A stretch of DNA of 52,217 nucleotides from a virus (Duplodnaviria > Caudoviricetes), in the IMG/VR virus record IMGVR_UViG_3300028400_000009, positions 1 to 52,217 of that record. The stretch is one strand, 5' to 3'. The notes beneath the pieces are model-generated. The model made no database searches and was not told the origin of the DNA. It worked only from the letters and a program-made list of their open reading frames with translations. Within the stretch, counting starts at the first letter, position 1, and the number at the start of each line of letters is the position of its first letter. Of the stretch, positions 1 through 8,898 are shown in pieces. Both the position numbers and the translations under genes were made by a program.

Positions 1-1
1 T

Positions 2-367
2 GCGTTTGCAACACCTACAAGCTACATCAAGACAAAAGAAATTCGTGTTATTCAAAAGCTAATGGAAGAAGCGAATATTGATAAAGAGCTATTCTTTGAA
101 CACTTCAACCTTGTTGATGTTTCACTAATAAAAACTGAAATGTACGACAAAATAGTAGCTTCTCTTGAAGCAAAGAAGGCACAAGCAAATTCAAAATATG
201 CTTATGAGATCGGTGGCTTAATTCAAAATTTAGCTTCTGCTGATAACGTGAGAATACTTGATGCGTACAATACAGAACTTACAGAAAAAATATTGCCAGA
301 CGATAAAGAAACATTAATTTATTCAGTATCGGTTTACGAAAAGAGAAAAGGAGAATTAAAAAAATGA
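2..367 (+). CDS. C-terminal part of probable ssDNA-annealing recombinase (ERF/Sak-like), truncated by window start
   Basis: Frame is open from the window start; lies directly upstream of Gp157/NinB/SSB, the usual recombination context. Family inferred from context only. Confidence 0.4.
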   Translation, partial: AFATPTSYIKTKEIRVIQKLMEEANIDKELFFEHFNLVDVSLIKTEMYDKIVASLEAKKAQANSKYAYEIGGLIQNLASADNVRILDAYNTELTEKILPDDKETLIYSVSVYEKRKGELKK

Positions 368-864
368 AATTACATGAGATAGCAATACAGCATAAAGAAC
401 TCGAATCATTGGCTGAAAAAGGAGAGTTCACACTAGATGAACTAAAAGATACTTTTGAAATGATTGAAGGTGATTTCAAAGATAAAGCGGTGTCACTTGT
501 TGCGGTAAAGGAAAACATGCAAACAAGCATAGATGCGCTAAGTAATGAAATAAAACGCTTACAAGGAATCAAAAATGTTATAGAAAATAAGCAAGATACA
601 ATGATTGATTACTTGCGTTACAACATGAAAGAGTCTGGTATAACTAAGATTGAACATCTTGAAAAGCCTTTCTTTACAATAACACTACGGAAAGCACCAA
701 AGATCGTTAGTGTTGATGATTTAGATGCAGTTCCAACAAAATACAAGAAAGCGAAAACAACAATAAGTCCTGATAAACAAGCCATTGCCAAAGCGTTAAA
801 GAGCGGCGAAGAAGTACAAGGATGTTCACTTGTTGATGGAAAGCAAAGCGTAATTATTAAATAA
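364..864 (+). CDS. Siphovirus Gp157 family protein
   Basis: MKLHEIA start, coiled coil, C-terminal PDKQAIAKALKSGEEVQGCSL motif typical of Gp157. Confidence 0.85.
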   Translation: MKLHEIAIQHKELESLAEKGEFTLDELKDTFEMIEGDFKDKAVSLVAVKENMQTSIDALSNEIKRLQGIKNVIENKQDTMIDYLRYNMKESGITKIEHLEKPFFTITLRKAPKIVSVDDLDAVPTKYKKAKTTISPDKQAIAKALKSGEEVQGCSLVDGKQSVIIK

Positions 865-1079
865 AATCGTTTACGTTATATACGTTAGAGCTAATTACAA
901 CAAATCTATATTAATCAGTAAGTTATGCTATAACTGAGTTAGCTATACCTATACTTAATTGTATATATAGGGGTACGGAGTTGTATACAGAGGGTTACGT
1001 TTTTGTATATATAGCAAAATTTCCGTTAATTATTTTATGCAGTTTAGTAGGATTATAGCTAACAGAAAAGGGTTGGACT

Positions 1080-1577
1080 ATGAAAGCAAAAACATTCAAA
1101 CTGGTAAACAATGAACATGGAAGAAGGCAGGAGTCTATAAAGCTCTATGCTCTTTTAAAGTCATTGCCACTTGATAAAGTGTTCTCTGTGAGAGTTAGCA
1201 ACTATACAAGCTCAAAGCAAGATAATCAGCGCGGTTTAAACTGGATGTGGAATTTAGAGGTTGCTAAAAGTGGCATAGGTGGGGCTAATCACGATACGGC
1301 AGAGGGAGTTCATCTTGATGCTAAGTGGAGATTCGCAAGACCTATATTGTTGCGCGATAGCAAATGGTTTAGAGACTTATATGAGGGATTTGAAGCTAAT
1401 CATGTAGAAGATAGAGCAACCGCTTTAAAATGGTTTTGTGAGAATATTATCCACACTGAAAAAATGACAGTATCACAAAATGCTGAGTTCCTAACAGATT
1501 TTCAAAGGTATTGGATTGGCAAAGGTGTTAATTTAACAGAGCCGAAGAAAAAGGAGCTAGATTATGAGCAAGTTTAA
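1080..1577 (+). CDS. NinB/Orf-like recombination protein
   Basis: QDNQRGLNWMW motif and C-terminal TEKMTVSQNAEFL...GVNL resemble NinB. Confidence 0.6.
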   Translation: MKAKTFKLVNNEHGRRQESIKLYALLKSLPLDKVFSVRVSNYTSSKQDNQRGLNWMWNLEVAKSGIGGANHDTAEGVHLDAKWRFARPILLRDSKWFRDLYEGFEANHVEDRATALKWFCENIIHTEKMTVSQNAEFLTDFQRYWIGKGVNLTEPKKKELDYEQV

Positions 1578-1869
1578 ACAATATGTTCTTGATGAGATAG
1601 AGCAAGGAATAATTAATAGGCATAGGGAAGCGTTGGAAAAGAAAGCGTTAGCAGAAAGAATAGCTAGTTTTGTCCCGTCACTGTATAAAAAATGGATGAA
1701 TGTGAATTATGTTGATGACTTTGATTTTTCATTCTCTGCTTTTTACGAAAATCTATACCGCTTTGAAATACCTGATGATTTAAAAGATTATACTAAATTG
1801 CTTTACACTATAATTGATACACATAGAGTGACAACCACTAAGATAGTTAATGAGAATATACTAAGGTAG
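1564..1869 (+). CDS. hypothetical protein
   Basis: ORF with RBS, overlaps the previous gene in the operon. Confidence 0.6.
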   Translation: MSKFKQYVLDEIEQGIINRHREALEKKALAERIASFVPSLYKKWMNVNYVDDFDFSFSAFYENLYRFEIPDDLKDYTKLLYTIIDTHRVTTTKIVNENILR

Positions 1870-1876
1870 CAAAATA

Positions 1877-2113
1877 ATGGGGACAGAAGAAATAAAAGAA
1901 CTACCAGTCAAACTAATCTATTGCGCTGGTCACAGTCCAGCAATGGATTTAGATTGCAGAAGGCGCGGTGACTGTATGAAGCACAAAAACTTTATGCAGC
2001 ATCACGCAAAATATGGCAGTCTTAAAGGTGAGTTCACGCATTCAATAATGCACGAAAGCATGGGTGCAAAATGTGGGTTTTATGAAGAAGTTGAAAACGA
2101 AGATAATTTATAA
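1877..2113 (+). CDS. hypothetical Cys/His-rich protein
   Basis: ORF in operon; four Cys suggest metal binding. Confidence 0.55.
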   Translation: MGTEEIKELPVKLIYCAGHSPAMDLDCRRRGDCMKHKNFMQHHAKYGSLKGEFTHSIMHESMGAKCGFYEEVENEDNL

Positions 2114-2126
2114 ACAAGGATAAAAT

Positions 2127-2564
2127 ATGGCAAACTTAAATAGATTTACGGGAATTGGGACTTTAGGCAGAGACCCAGAAGTTAGATATATGCCTAGCGG
2201 TAGCGCAGTAACAAGCTTTAGCATTGCAATTAACGAGAAATGGAAAGATAAACAGTCAGGGGAGCAAAAAGAATCTACTGAATGGGTGAATGTGACAGCA
2301 TTTAACCGCCTTGCAGAAATATGCAGAGACTACTTGAAAAAAGGCAGTCAGGTTTATATCGAGGGCAAATTGAAAACTGACAAATATCAGAAAGATGGTG
2401 TAGATGTTTACAGCACCAAGGTTATCATTCATACCATGCAAATGATAGGCGGAAAACAGGAATCAAACGGTAACGCGCCACAACAGAATAGCCAAAATCA
2501 AAGACAGCAAAGTTCACCACCCCAGAACTTTGATAACTTCGAGGATAACCAAATTCCATTTTGA
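2127..2564 (+). CDS. ssb: single-stranded DNA-binding protein
   Basis: GTLGRDPEVRY...YLKKGSQVYIEGKL OB fold, acidic C-terminal DNQIPF tail. Confidence 0.97.
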   Translation: MANLNRFTGIGTLGRDPEVRYMPSGSAVTSFSIAINEKWKDKQSGEQKESTEWVNVTAFNRLAEICRDYLKKGSQVYIEGKLKTDKYQKDGVDVYSTKVIIHTMQMIGGKQESNGNAPQQNSQNQRQQSSPPQNFDNFEDNQIPF

Positions 2565-2982
2565 TGTTAATCCAAAGCCCAAACAGAAAAGACAATAATC
2601 TCGCTATCTGATAGCTTGATACAGCCTTTTCTATCCATTAGTAAGTAAGTCTTACCAACTAGCCGCTTGACTCGTTCAGGCGGCTCAACACTATTCCCAT
2701 CTAACGACTTTTTAAACCCAACTGTACGCCCGAAAGGGTAGAACGCTTTGCCTTTTTGAATCTCAGTAAATGGCAAGTTGCCACGATAACGATTAATTGT
2801 TGAGACAGATGGGATAACTTTAAGAAAGTTATTACTTGTTTTTACAATAAACTTGAAGATGAAGGCATCGCAGAGCTTAAAGAAAAACTTAGAGGAAACG
2901 ATATGAAAATCATTAATAAAATTATTGCTGAATGGGATGACAGAATGAAAAAAGCAACGGATGATATTAGGGAGGCTGTGGC

Positions 2983-3189
2983 ATGAGCGGTCTTTACAAT
3001 CAACGAAAAGTTAAAGAGCAACATTATGTCTCTGATGAAGTTTTGGTAAATCTTGAAATTGACGTGCTAGACGGCGAATGGCTTGATACTAGAGTAACAA
3101 TGGATGATGTTGAATTTTGGGTGGGTGGAAGTCAACGCGAAAAGTTTTGCAAGGAACTTGGAGCGTTAATAGATAAATACCGTATTTGA
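2983..3189 (+). CDS. hypothetical protein
   Basis: ORF preceded by GGAGG RBS. Confidence 0.6.
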   Translation: MSGLYNQRKVKEQHYVSDEVLVNLEIDVLDGEWLDTRVTMDDVEFWVGGSQREKFCKELGALIDKYRI

Positions 3190-3213
3190 TGCCACGCTAT
3201 CTGCCGCTAGGCA

Positions 3214-3272
3214 ACATAACCTGAAAGCACAGCGGGGCGCTTTTCAGCCTCCGCCGGTGCTGGTTGTTAGCC
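3214..3272 (+). other. attC-like 59-bp imperfect palindrome
   Basis: ACATAAC...GTTAGCC ends, internal AGCAC-GCGG-GGC/GCC-CCGC-GTGCT symmetry with bulged bases, 59 bp long. Confidence 0.5.
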
Positions 3273-3315
3273 ATGCATAAAAAAGTGTAATTATTTTTAA
3301 TTAAGTTACAAATAA

Positions 3316-3358
3316 AAAGGAAAAACCTTTGACATAAAGGAAAAACCTTTATATGATG
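3316..3358 (+). promoter_or_regulatory. sigma70 promoter overlapped by a direct repeat (AAAGGAAAAACCTTT x2)
   Basis: TTGACA and TATGAT hexamers; the 15-bp repeat copies flank the -35. Confidence 0.7.
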
Positions 3359-3410
3359 TTTACATCAGCTAAGGAAATAAGTCCAAAGCACCAACTATAA
3401 AGGAATTAAA

Positions 3411-3677
3411 ATGTACACATTAAATAAATTATCAGTTAGCACATACGACTCGGTAACAGGCGAAAAGACAATCGAAAAATCAAAAAAATGTAAAACATGG
3501 CAAGAGTTGAAAGAAACTGCCTTTTCTGGTGATTGGTTCTATGGCGGTGGTTTTAATGTAGAAAAAAATGGAGAGGTTATTGGCGATAATAACACGTTTA
3601 ATTTCTGCGAGAATAATGATCAACCAGCTAAAATAACACTGGCTGAGTTTAAAGAAGCAGCAGAGATTTTAGCATAA
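3411..3677 (+). CDS. hypothetical protein
   Basis: ORF with AAGGA RBS after promoter. Confidence 0.7.
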   Translation: MYTLNKLSVSTYDSVTGEKTIEKSKKCKTWQELKETAFSGDWFYGGGFNVEKNGEVIGDNNTFNFCENNDQPAKITLAEFKEAAEILA

Positions 3678-4162
3678 TGAAATTCTTAGAGGAATGGGAT
3701 AAGTCTCTGACATACCGTCAGAGACGTGGTTTTTTCAGAAAACCATATTTTGAGTGTGTAACTCACATGATGGCTTGTGGCATATCCGTCCCTAAATCAG
3801 AATATGGAGTTATTGCCAGAGTTGCCATAGCGGAGTCAGGGATAACTGGAAAAGAGAGAGCGGGGAGCATCATTGATTTGTGGTCTCAAACTATACCCAA
3901 AAATCAAAAAAAACTATTTACAAATTGTTCTAAAAAAATTAGAAAACCAGCTCACATAAATGAGAATAGAATGATTAAATTTCTCAGGTCTAATAACACT
4001 GATGTGTTATTAGAAAATATCAGGGTCGGGTTGAAATTAATAGAAATGAACACAGGCGTTATCCCAACAGTATCATCTATTTACCATTTATTTAAAAAAA
4101 TAGAGGCTGGCAAACAACAGGAAATAGCTGAACGATTCTATACAGATTGGAGCGAATGCTAA
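3677..4162 (+). CDS. hypothetical protein
   Basis: TAATG translational coupling. Confidence 0.65.
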   Translation: MKFLEEWDKSLTYRQRRGFFRKPYFECVTHMMACGISVPKSEYGVIARVAIAESGITGKERAGSIIDLWSQTIPKNQKKLFTNCSKKIRKPAHINENRMIKFLRSNNTDVLLENIRVGLKLIEMNTGVIPTVSSIYHLFKKIEAGKQQEIAERFYTDWSEC

Positions 4163-4356
4163 TGAGTAAGAATGTAATGAGCATTGATGAATTTATAGAA
4201 CATTTGAAAATAGATAGGAAAAAATTCTATGGGTTATGGGGTCTAAAAGTAGAAAATCACTCGACATGGAAAGGTTATATTGTTGTTGGTAATGACGATA
4301 TTGGCTGGTCTATTTATTCTAAGCGGAGAGATGTGCCACAACTGACCGATATTTAA
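4162..4356 (+). CDS. small hypothetical protein, possibly DNA-binding
   Basis: TAATG coupling; MSIDEFIEHLKI resembles an HTH start. Confidence 0.5.
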   Translation: MSKNVMSIDEFIEHLKIDRKKFYGLWGLKVENHSTWKGYIVVGNDDIGWSIYSKRRDVPQLTDI

Positions 4357-4459
4357 AATAATTGTAAAAAAAGTAATCCTTTTTAGTTGACAAGTAATCT
4401 GCAATAGGTTACTATATATCCAGAAGTTAAGAAATCAATCAAACAACTGGAGATGCAAA

Positions 4460-4804
4460 ATGTTACCTTTAGATAAAATTAAAACCGGAGCAAACCTTAA
4501 TGTTGATATTCAAGGTGTGGCTTCTAATGATGTATATAATGACCCACGCCAGATAATATACACTGATTACACCTCTTATATGAAAGGATTTGAGCAGGAC
4601 GCTAAACAAAAACAAGAGGAAGATGAGTTGTATTACAACTCGCCAGTAACCGATAAGGAACAAAAAATAATGGAAGCAGTTGGCGAAGAGCACAGATATT
4701 ACAGGTGGTCAAACGACCGTGGTCATTCAATAGTCGTTAGATGCGAATTGAATGAGGGAATGTTCTCATGGAGTAAAATGCAAGAAATACATAACCCACA
4801 ATGA
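4460..4804 (+). CDS. hypothetical protein
   Basis: GGAG RBS; upstream TTGACA promoter near 4388. Confidence 0.65.
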   Translation: MLPLDKIKTGANLNVDIQGVASNDVYNDPRQIIYTDYTSYMKGFEQDAKQKQEEDELYYNSPVTDKEQKIMEAVGEEHRYYRWSNDRGHSIVVRCELNEGMFSWSKMQEIHNPQ

Positions 4805-4991
4805 AACAAATGGGGATTTGTGGGTTTCCGCTGGAGGCGGCAAGGGAAAAAACTTTGCTTAAAGTGGCAGCGGTATATAAATCAAGTCCAGGCGAGTAAT
4901 GGTCAAACTAGCGCTATGTGTGGGTACGATGGCACTGACTACAAGATAGTTACCTATACGACCCATGCGACTTAATTCAGAGAACATTAAT

Positions 4992-5168
4992 ATGGATTTA
5001 AAATCATACATAGCAGAAAACTTCACCAGTCAGCAAGAATTTGCTGACTGGTTAGGGGTCACAAAGCAGCAGGTGTCAAAATGGCTACATACAATGAATG
5101 TGATCGTAGAGGACAATAAATTAAAGTCTAAACGAACACTACGGTCATTGCCCGATAGGTCTGGCTAA
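4992..5168 (+). CDS. Cro/XRE-like HTH protein
   Basis: SQQEFADWLGVTKQQVSKWL is a classic HTH. Confidence 0.8.
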   Translation: MDLKSYIAENFTSQQEFADWLGVTKQQVSKWLHTMNVIVEDNKLKSKRTLRSLPDRSG

Positions 5169-5297
5169 CACTTTATTAGGCGGAAACTGGCATATTGGAA
5201 TAGATAGAAACTGTCTATTCTGGAATTTTTAGCGACATTTACCGTTATTGAGCGTAAAGCCCCCGTGTTTTAACCGTGGTGATATAAGCGAATAACA

Positions 5298-5462
5298 TTA
5301 TCTAACTGAAACCAACTCACCTTCATTTAAATCCTCAATATGGCTAATCATTCTTTCGACAAGCTCAAGCATAGAGCATTCATGCTTAACCGCTTCAATT
5401 TTAAGCTTCTTATAAACGTCTTCGCGTAGCTTTATTGATTTATATTTAATTTCTTGTTTCAT
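5298..5462 (-). CDS. small ribbon-helix-helix/CopG-like protein inside the IS, divergent from tnpB
   Basis: KSIKLREDVYKKLKIEAVKHECSMLELVERMI fits the RHH pattern. Confidence 0.65.
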   Translation of the reverse strand: MKQEIKYKSIKLREDVYKKLKIEAVKHECSMLELVERMISHIEDLNEGELVSVR

Positions 5463-5497
5463 TTGATTTATATCCTTTAGCGTGTATAATATTCCAC

Positions 5498-6598
5498 ATG
5501 ACAGAAGATAACACAGTATTGAAAACATTGAAAGTCAGAGTTAAAGATAATCGCAAGAATATCCTTAACCGTATGGCGTTCGATATTAATCAAGTGTGGA
5601 ATAAAGCCAACGAGATAACATCAGAAGAATGCTATGAGCCTATTCCAGAAGTCGGTTATGTTTTCAATAACATTTCAGCCTTCGATATTCAAAAACGAAT
5701 AAAAGGTATCCGTAAAGAACGAGATATGATTATTGGTGCAGGCTCAGCACAAAAAATAATTGCTATCCATGCTAAAGCCAGAAAACAATTTGAAAAAGTA
5801 AAACTTAAATGGCGTACCAGTGGTGGTAGTCGAAAGTCATTAGGTTTTGTACCGTTTAAATCAGGTGCTATTAAGTGGGTGAACGGTCAAATTAGATTCT
5901 GTGGTTATTATTTTAAGGTATGGGATAGCTACGGATTGTCAAAATATGACTTTAGGTCTGGCTCATTCTCACAAGATGCGCGTGGTCGCTGGTATCTTTC
6001 TATTGTTGTTAAAGTTCAGCAGGAAAAATCAAAAGGTACAGGTCAAATAGGCATTGATTTAGGGCTTAAAACAACGGCTGTATGTTCAGATGGTACGACT
6101 TTAGAGCGCAAACAATATTATAGAAATATGGAAAGCAAACTGGCTATGGCGCAACGCGCCAATAAGAAAAAGCAAGTTAAGAATATACACGCAAAAATTA
6201 AGAATCGTAGAGCTGATACAAATCATAAATTCAGCACAAAATTAGTAAAAGAAAACTCATTGATTGTAGTTGGTAATGTATCTAGCTCTAAATTAGCTAA
6301 AACTAAAATGGCTAAATCTGTACTAGATGCTGGCTGGTATCAATTAAAAAGTATGCTTGATTATAAATCCAAAGGGATGCAAGTATGCTATGTGGAAGTC
6401 AATGAAGCGTACACTACCCAGGCTTGTTCGTGTTGCGGCTGTATTAGCAGCAATAGTCCGAAAGGTATGGATTCGCTTGGAATAAGAGAATGGACTTGTG
6501 CAGAGTGTGGCACAAAGCATGATAGAGATATTAATGCGGCTGAGAACATTCTCCGTCTGGGGCATCAGACGCTCGCGGGAGGAATCCCCCGCTTTTAA
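5498..6598 (+). CDS. tnpB: RNA-guided endonuclease TnpB
   Basis: GIDLGLK RuvC-I, CxxC/CxxC zinc finger, HDRDINAA RuvC-III. Confidence 0.95.
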   Translation: MTEDNTVLKTLKVRVKDNRKNILNRMAFDINQVWNKANEITSEECYEPIPEVGYVFNNISAFDIQKRIKGIRKERDMIIGAGSAQKIIAIHAKARKQFEKVKLKWRTSGGSRKSLGFVPFKSGAIKWVNGQIRFCGYYFKVWDSYGLSKYDFRSGSFSQDARGRWYLSIVVKVQQEKSKGTGQIGIDLGLKTTAVCSDGTTLERKQYYRNMESKLAMAQRANKKKQVKNIHAKIKNRRADTNHKFSTKLVKENSLIVVGNVSSSKLAKTKMAKSVLDAGWYQLKSMLDYKSKGMQVCYVEVNEAYTTQACSCCGCISSNSPKGMDSLGIREWTCAECGTKHDRDINAAENILRLGHQTLAGGIPRF

Positions 6599-6612
6599 GC
6601 GTGGGGAGGATG

Positions 6613-7080
6613 TCAAGATTTAAAAGCAACAACCAAATTAAGCGCGGTATTTATATATCGCGCTATATTTTTATCCTTATTTTCTGCTTTGCTTATTCCA
6701 TCCTCAATAGATTCTGAGATAATTTTAAGCTTACTGTGGATTAATGCTATCTTTGCTCTATCAACTGGATTTATCTTTGACTTGTATTTCTGGAATAACG
6801 GCGGCATAACTTGCAAATAACTTGCTTTTGCTATTTTGTAATTAATTACAGAATCAGTTAAATTGCTATTCCTGACTTTTTTAATCTCGCTGTAAGATTG
6901 AGTTACAAGCAATTTTTCAGAATCATCAAGCAGGTTATTGTATTTCCCATATAACGCTTCGACTTCGGCTTGTTGCTTTTCCAGTGACTTATAACTAGCC
7001 ACCGTATTCACGGCTTTTAGTGCTTCATCAGATGAGCAGGCGGTCAATAGTAGAGTGATGCTTAGTATTAAATATTTCAT
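6613..7080 (-). CDS. putative lipoprotein (lysis/spanin region)
   Basis: Signal peptide with lipobox LLTAC. Confidence 0.7.
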   Translation of the reverse strand: MKYLILSITLLLTACSSDEALKAVNTVASYKSLEKQQAEVEALYGKYNNLLDDSEKLLVTQSYSEIKKVRNSNLTDSVINYKIAKASYLQVMPPLFQKYKSKINPVDRAKIALIHSKLKIISESIEDGISKAENKDKNIARYINTALNLVVAFKS

Positions 7081-7538
7081 TTTAATTCCTTTTTTTCAAC
7101 TTCACAAACATGATTAATCATTCTCTGATAGGCATCAGGGTATTTTTGCAAACCTTTTTTCTGATTATTTCGCCACGCTACACCACCAGCGATTCTTAGT
7201 CCCAAATAAAAAGTTCTGCTTACTGATAAGCCTGCTGTTTCTTTAAGCCCATTTTCGTAAATCGCATCAGCATAAAAGCGTGGGACAAATTGAGTTCTAT
7301 AAAAATAATCATGCAGGATAGAAAACAATATAATGTTCTCATTTTTCCTATCAACTAAGAACGTCATAATCCAAGGCAAACTAGCCCCGTCTGACCTAAA
7401 TCCTTTAGGAATTATGTACCAGTTACCATGCAACTTAATAAAAATATCATCAGTTGTAATAATATCTGGTGATTTTTTACCAAACTCTATTCTTATTTTT
7501 TCAGCGACTTCTTGCGCTGTTGGTATGATGTTCTTCAA
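7077..7538 (-). CDS. DUF1353 family protein
   Basis: IPKGFRSDGASLP...LHDYFY...AD motif. Confidence 0.85.
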   Translation of the reverse strand: MKNIIPTAQEVAEKIRIEFGKKSPDIITTDDIFIKLHGNWYIIPKGFRSDGASLPWIMTFLVDRKNENIILFSILHDYFYRTQFVPRFYADAIYENGLKETAGLSVSRTFYLGLRIAGGVAWRNNQKKGLQKYPDAYQRMINHVCEVEKKELK

Positions 7539-7933
7539 CTCTTAACCCCCAATTTCGTTTTATATACATTTGTTAATTTATCAACGCCATAGATGCCCCA
7601 AAGAGGGTCATAAACTAGATCATTTTTAACGACTACATAATGCGGCGTAAAGAAATACTGAATCATTAATATTGTTATATCATCTGCTTTATAACGTGAT
7701 TCAATACCCCTGCTATCAAGATAATTCTTTAAGTCACCAAAACTCCAATAAGTTGTTTTTGTGTTAAATGATCTTGCCTCAGCAGTATTTTTGCACTGCT
7801 TACCTACAAGATTAATAACCATACACCCAACCGCGGGAGCGCATTCCGTTGTGTTCAATCCTTGAAATCTATAATAACTATTACTGCATCCTGCAATTAA
7901 AAATAGTATTAAAGTCCAAGTAAATTTTTGCAT
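7535..7933 (-). CDS. lipoprotein with C39/papain-like peptidase motifs
   Basis: Lipobox LIAGC; QG..TECAPA, HYVVV and YDP motifs. Confidence 0.55.
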   Translation of the reverse strand: MQKFTWTLILFLIAGCSNSYYRFQGLNTTECAPAVGCMVINLVGKQCKNTAEARSFNTKTTYWSFGDLKNYLDSRGIESRYKADDITILMIQYFFTPHYVVVKNDLVYDPLWGIYGVDKLTNVYKTKLGVKS

Positions 7934-8898
7934 TTTTGCATGTGTCCCCACCGTTTTTTATAGCTATGTGTATGCGAATTAATTTTCTGCGTAGCATAAT
8001 TACATGCTTCTTCTGTTAACCCTATGTCAACCGCTCTGTAGACCTCGTTATCAACCCAATAATAAATAGCAGTCAATATACTGTGAGGTGCTTTCGCTAA
8101 TACATCAGCTCCTATTCTTAGAATTAAATCCCCATTTGTTTTTTCGTACAAATCAGGAAAGTTATTCAATAGCCAATCGTGGTATTTTTTCTGATTGTTT
8201 GTGCCTGTTAGCTGTATTCCACCACCACCACGAGTACGCCACCCGTCACCTGTTTCTGGTGCGCCGTTACCCATACGATTAGCATAGGCATTGTTAGCAA
8301 TAGCCATTTGATTCGCTGGATGCCCCTTGCATCTACCATCGCGCCACGGATTAGCAAAGCCATGCCTACCATACGCGCTAAATAGCTGAGGCAATACTTT
8401 GCACCGATAGTTAAGGTTTTCTTCTGTTATAAAGCCGGGTCCTGTTTCTTCTCTTATCTGAGAAACAAATAATATCCATTCTTCTGGTTTTGACAGATGA
8501 AACTCTTTTAAATATGGCTCAATATGTTTCAATGTTTCTTTGAATTGAGCTTGAGCTTTTTTTCTGCCGCCGTAGTTCCACATTGGCAACAATAAACGCG
8601 CCTTATCTCTATCAAATTCTTCTTGAGAGAATACTCTTTCGGGAGTAACAGCTTCCTCTACCCACGTTCCCGCATCTTTTGTGCGGTTGGCTATTAATTT
8701 AGCCCATGTTCCGACACCTACTATGCCATCTTGCGGTAATCCGTTTCGTGCCTGGAAGTGTTTAACCGCTGCCTCAGTACCTTTACCAAAAATACCGTCA
8801 ACGACATCCATTTTCAGCATCTTTTGCAACGCTCGGACTGTTAATCCATCGCGGTTAAACTTGCTCCTACTACCCATTCCTATTTGCAGATCAATCAT
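7909..8898 (-). CDS. endolysin: peptidoglycan-binding domain plus GH19-like glycoside hydrolase
   Basis: DGIFGKGTEAAVKHFQ..DGIVG PG-binding domain; EENLNY, ANRMGNG, GDGWRTRGGGGIQLTG GH19 motifs. Confidence 0.92.
   Translation of the reverse strand: MIDLQIGMGSRSKFNRDGLTVRALQKMLKMDVVDGIFGKGTEAAVKHFQARNGLPQDGIVGVGTWAKLIANRTKDAGTWVEEAVTPERVFSQEEFDRDKARLLLPMWNYGGRKKAQAQFKETLKHIEPYLKEFHLSKPEEWILFVSQIREETGPGFITEENLNYRCKVLPQLFSAYGRHGFANPWRDGRCKGHPANQMAIANNAYANRMGNGAPETGDGWRTRGGGGIQLTGTNNQKKYHDWLLNNFPDLYEKTNGDLILRIGADVLAKAPHSILTAIYYWVDNEVYRAVDIGLTEEACNYATQKINSHTHSYKKRWGHMQKCKNLLGL

Larger units (their letters stand above)
5249..6616 (+). mobile_element. non-autonomous IS200/IS605-family element (IS609-like ends, TnpB only)
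   Basis: TTAT target immediately 5' of left end TGAGCGTAAAGCC-hairpin; right end GGAATCCCC-hairpin-GGGGAGGATGTCAA; no TnpA. Confidence 0.9.

Noticed and set aside
2567-2776. Minus-strand 69-aa ORF and hairpins after ssb
   Set aside because: TTG start, antisense to the operon, no RBS; could be a decayed gene or RNA but cannot be supported
5228-5237. TTTAGCGACA, complementary to the loop of sRNA copy 1
   Set aside because: A 10-nt match alone is plausible by chance and has no supporting context
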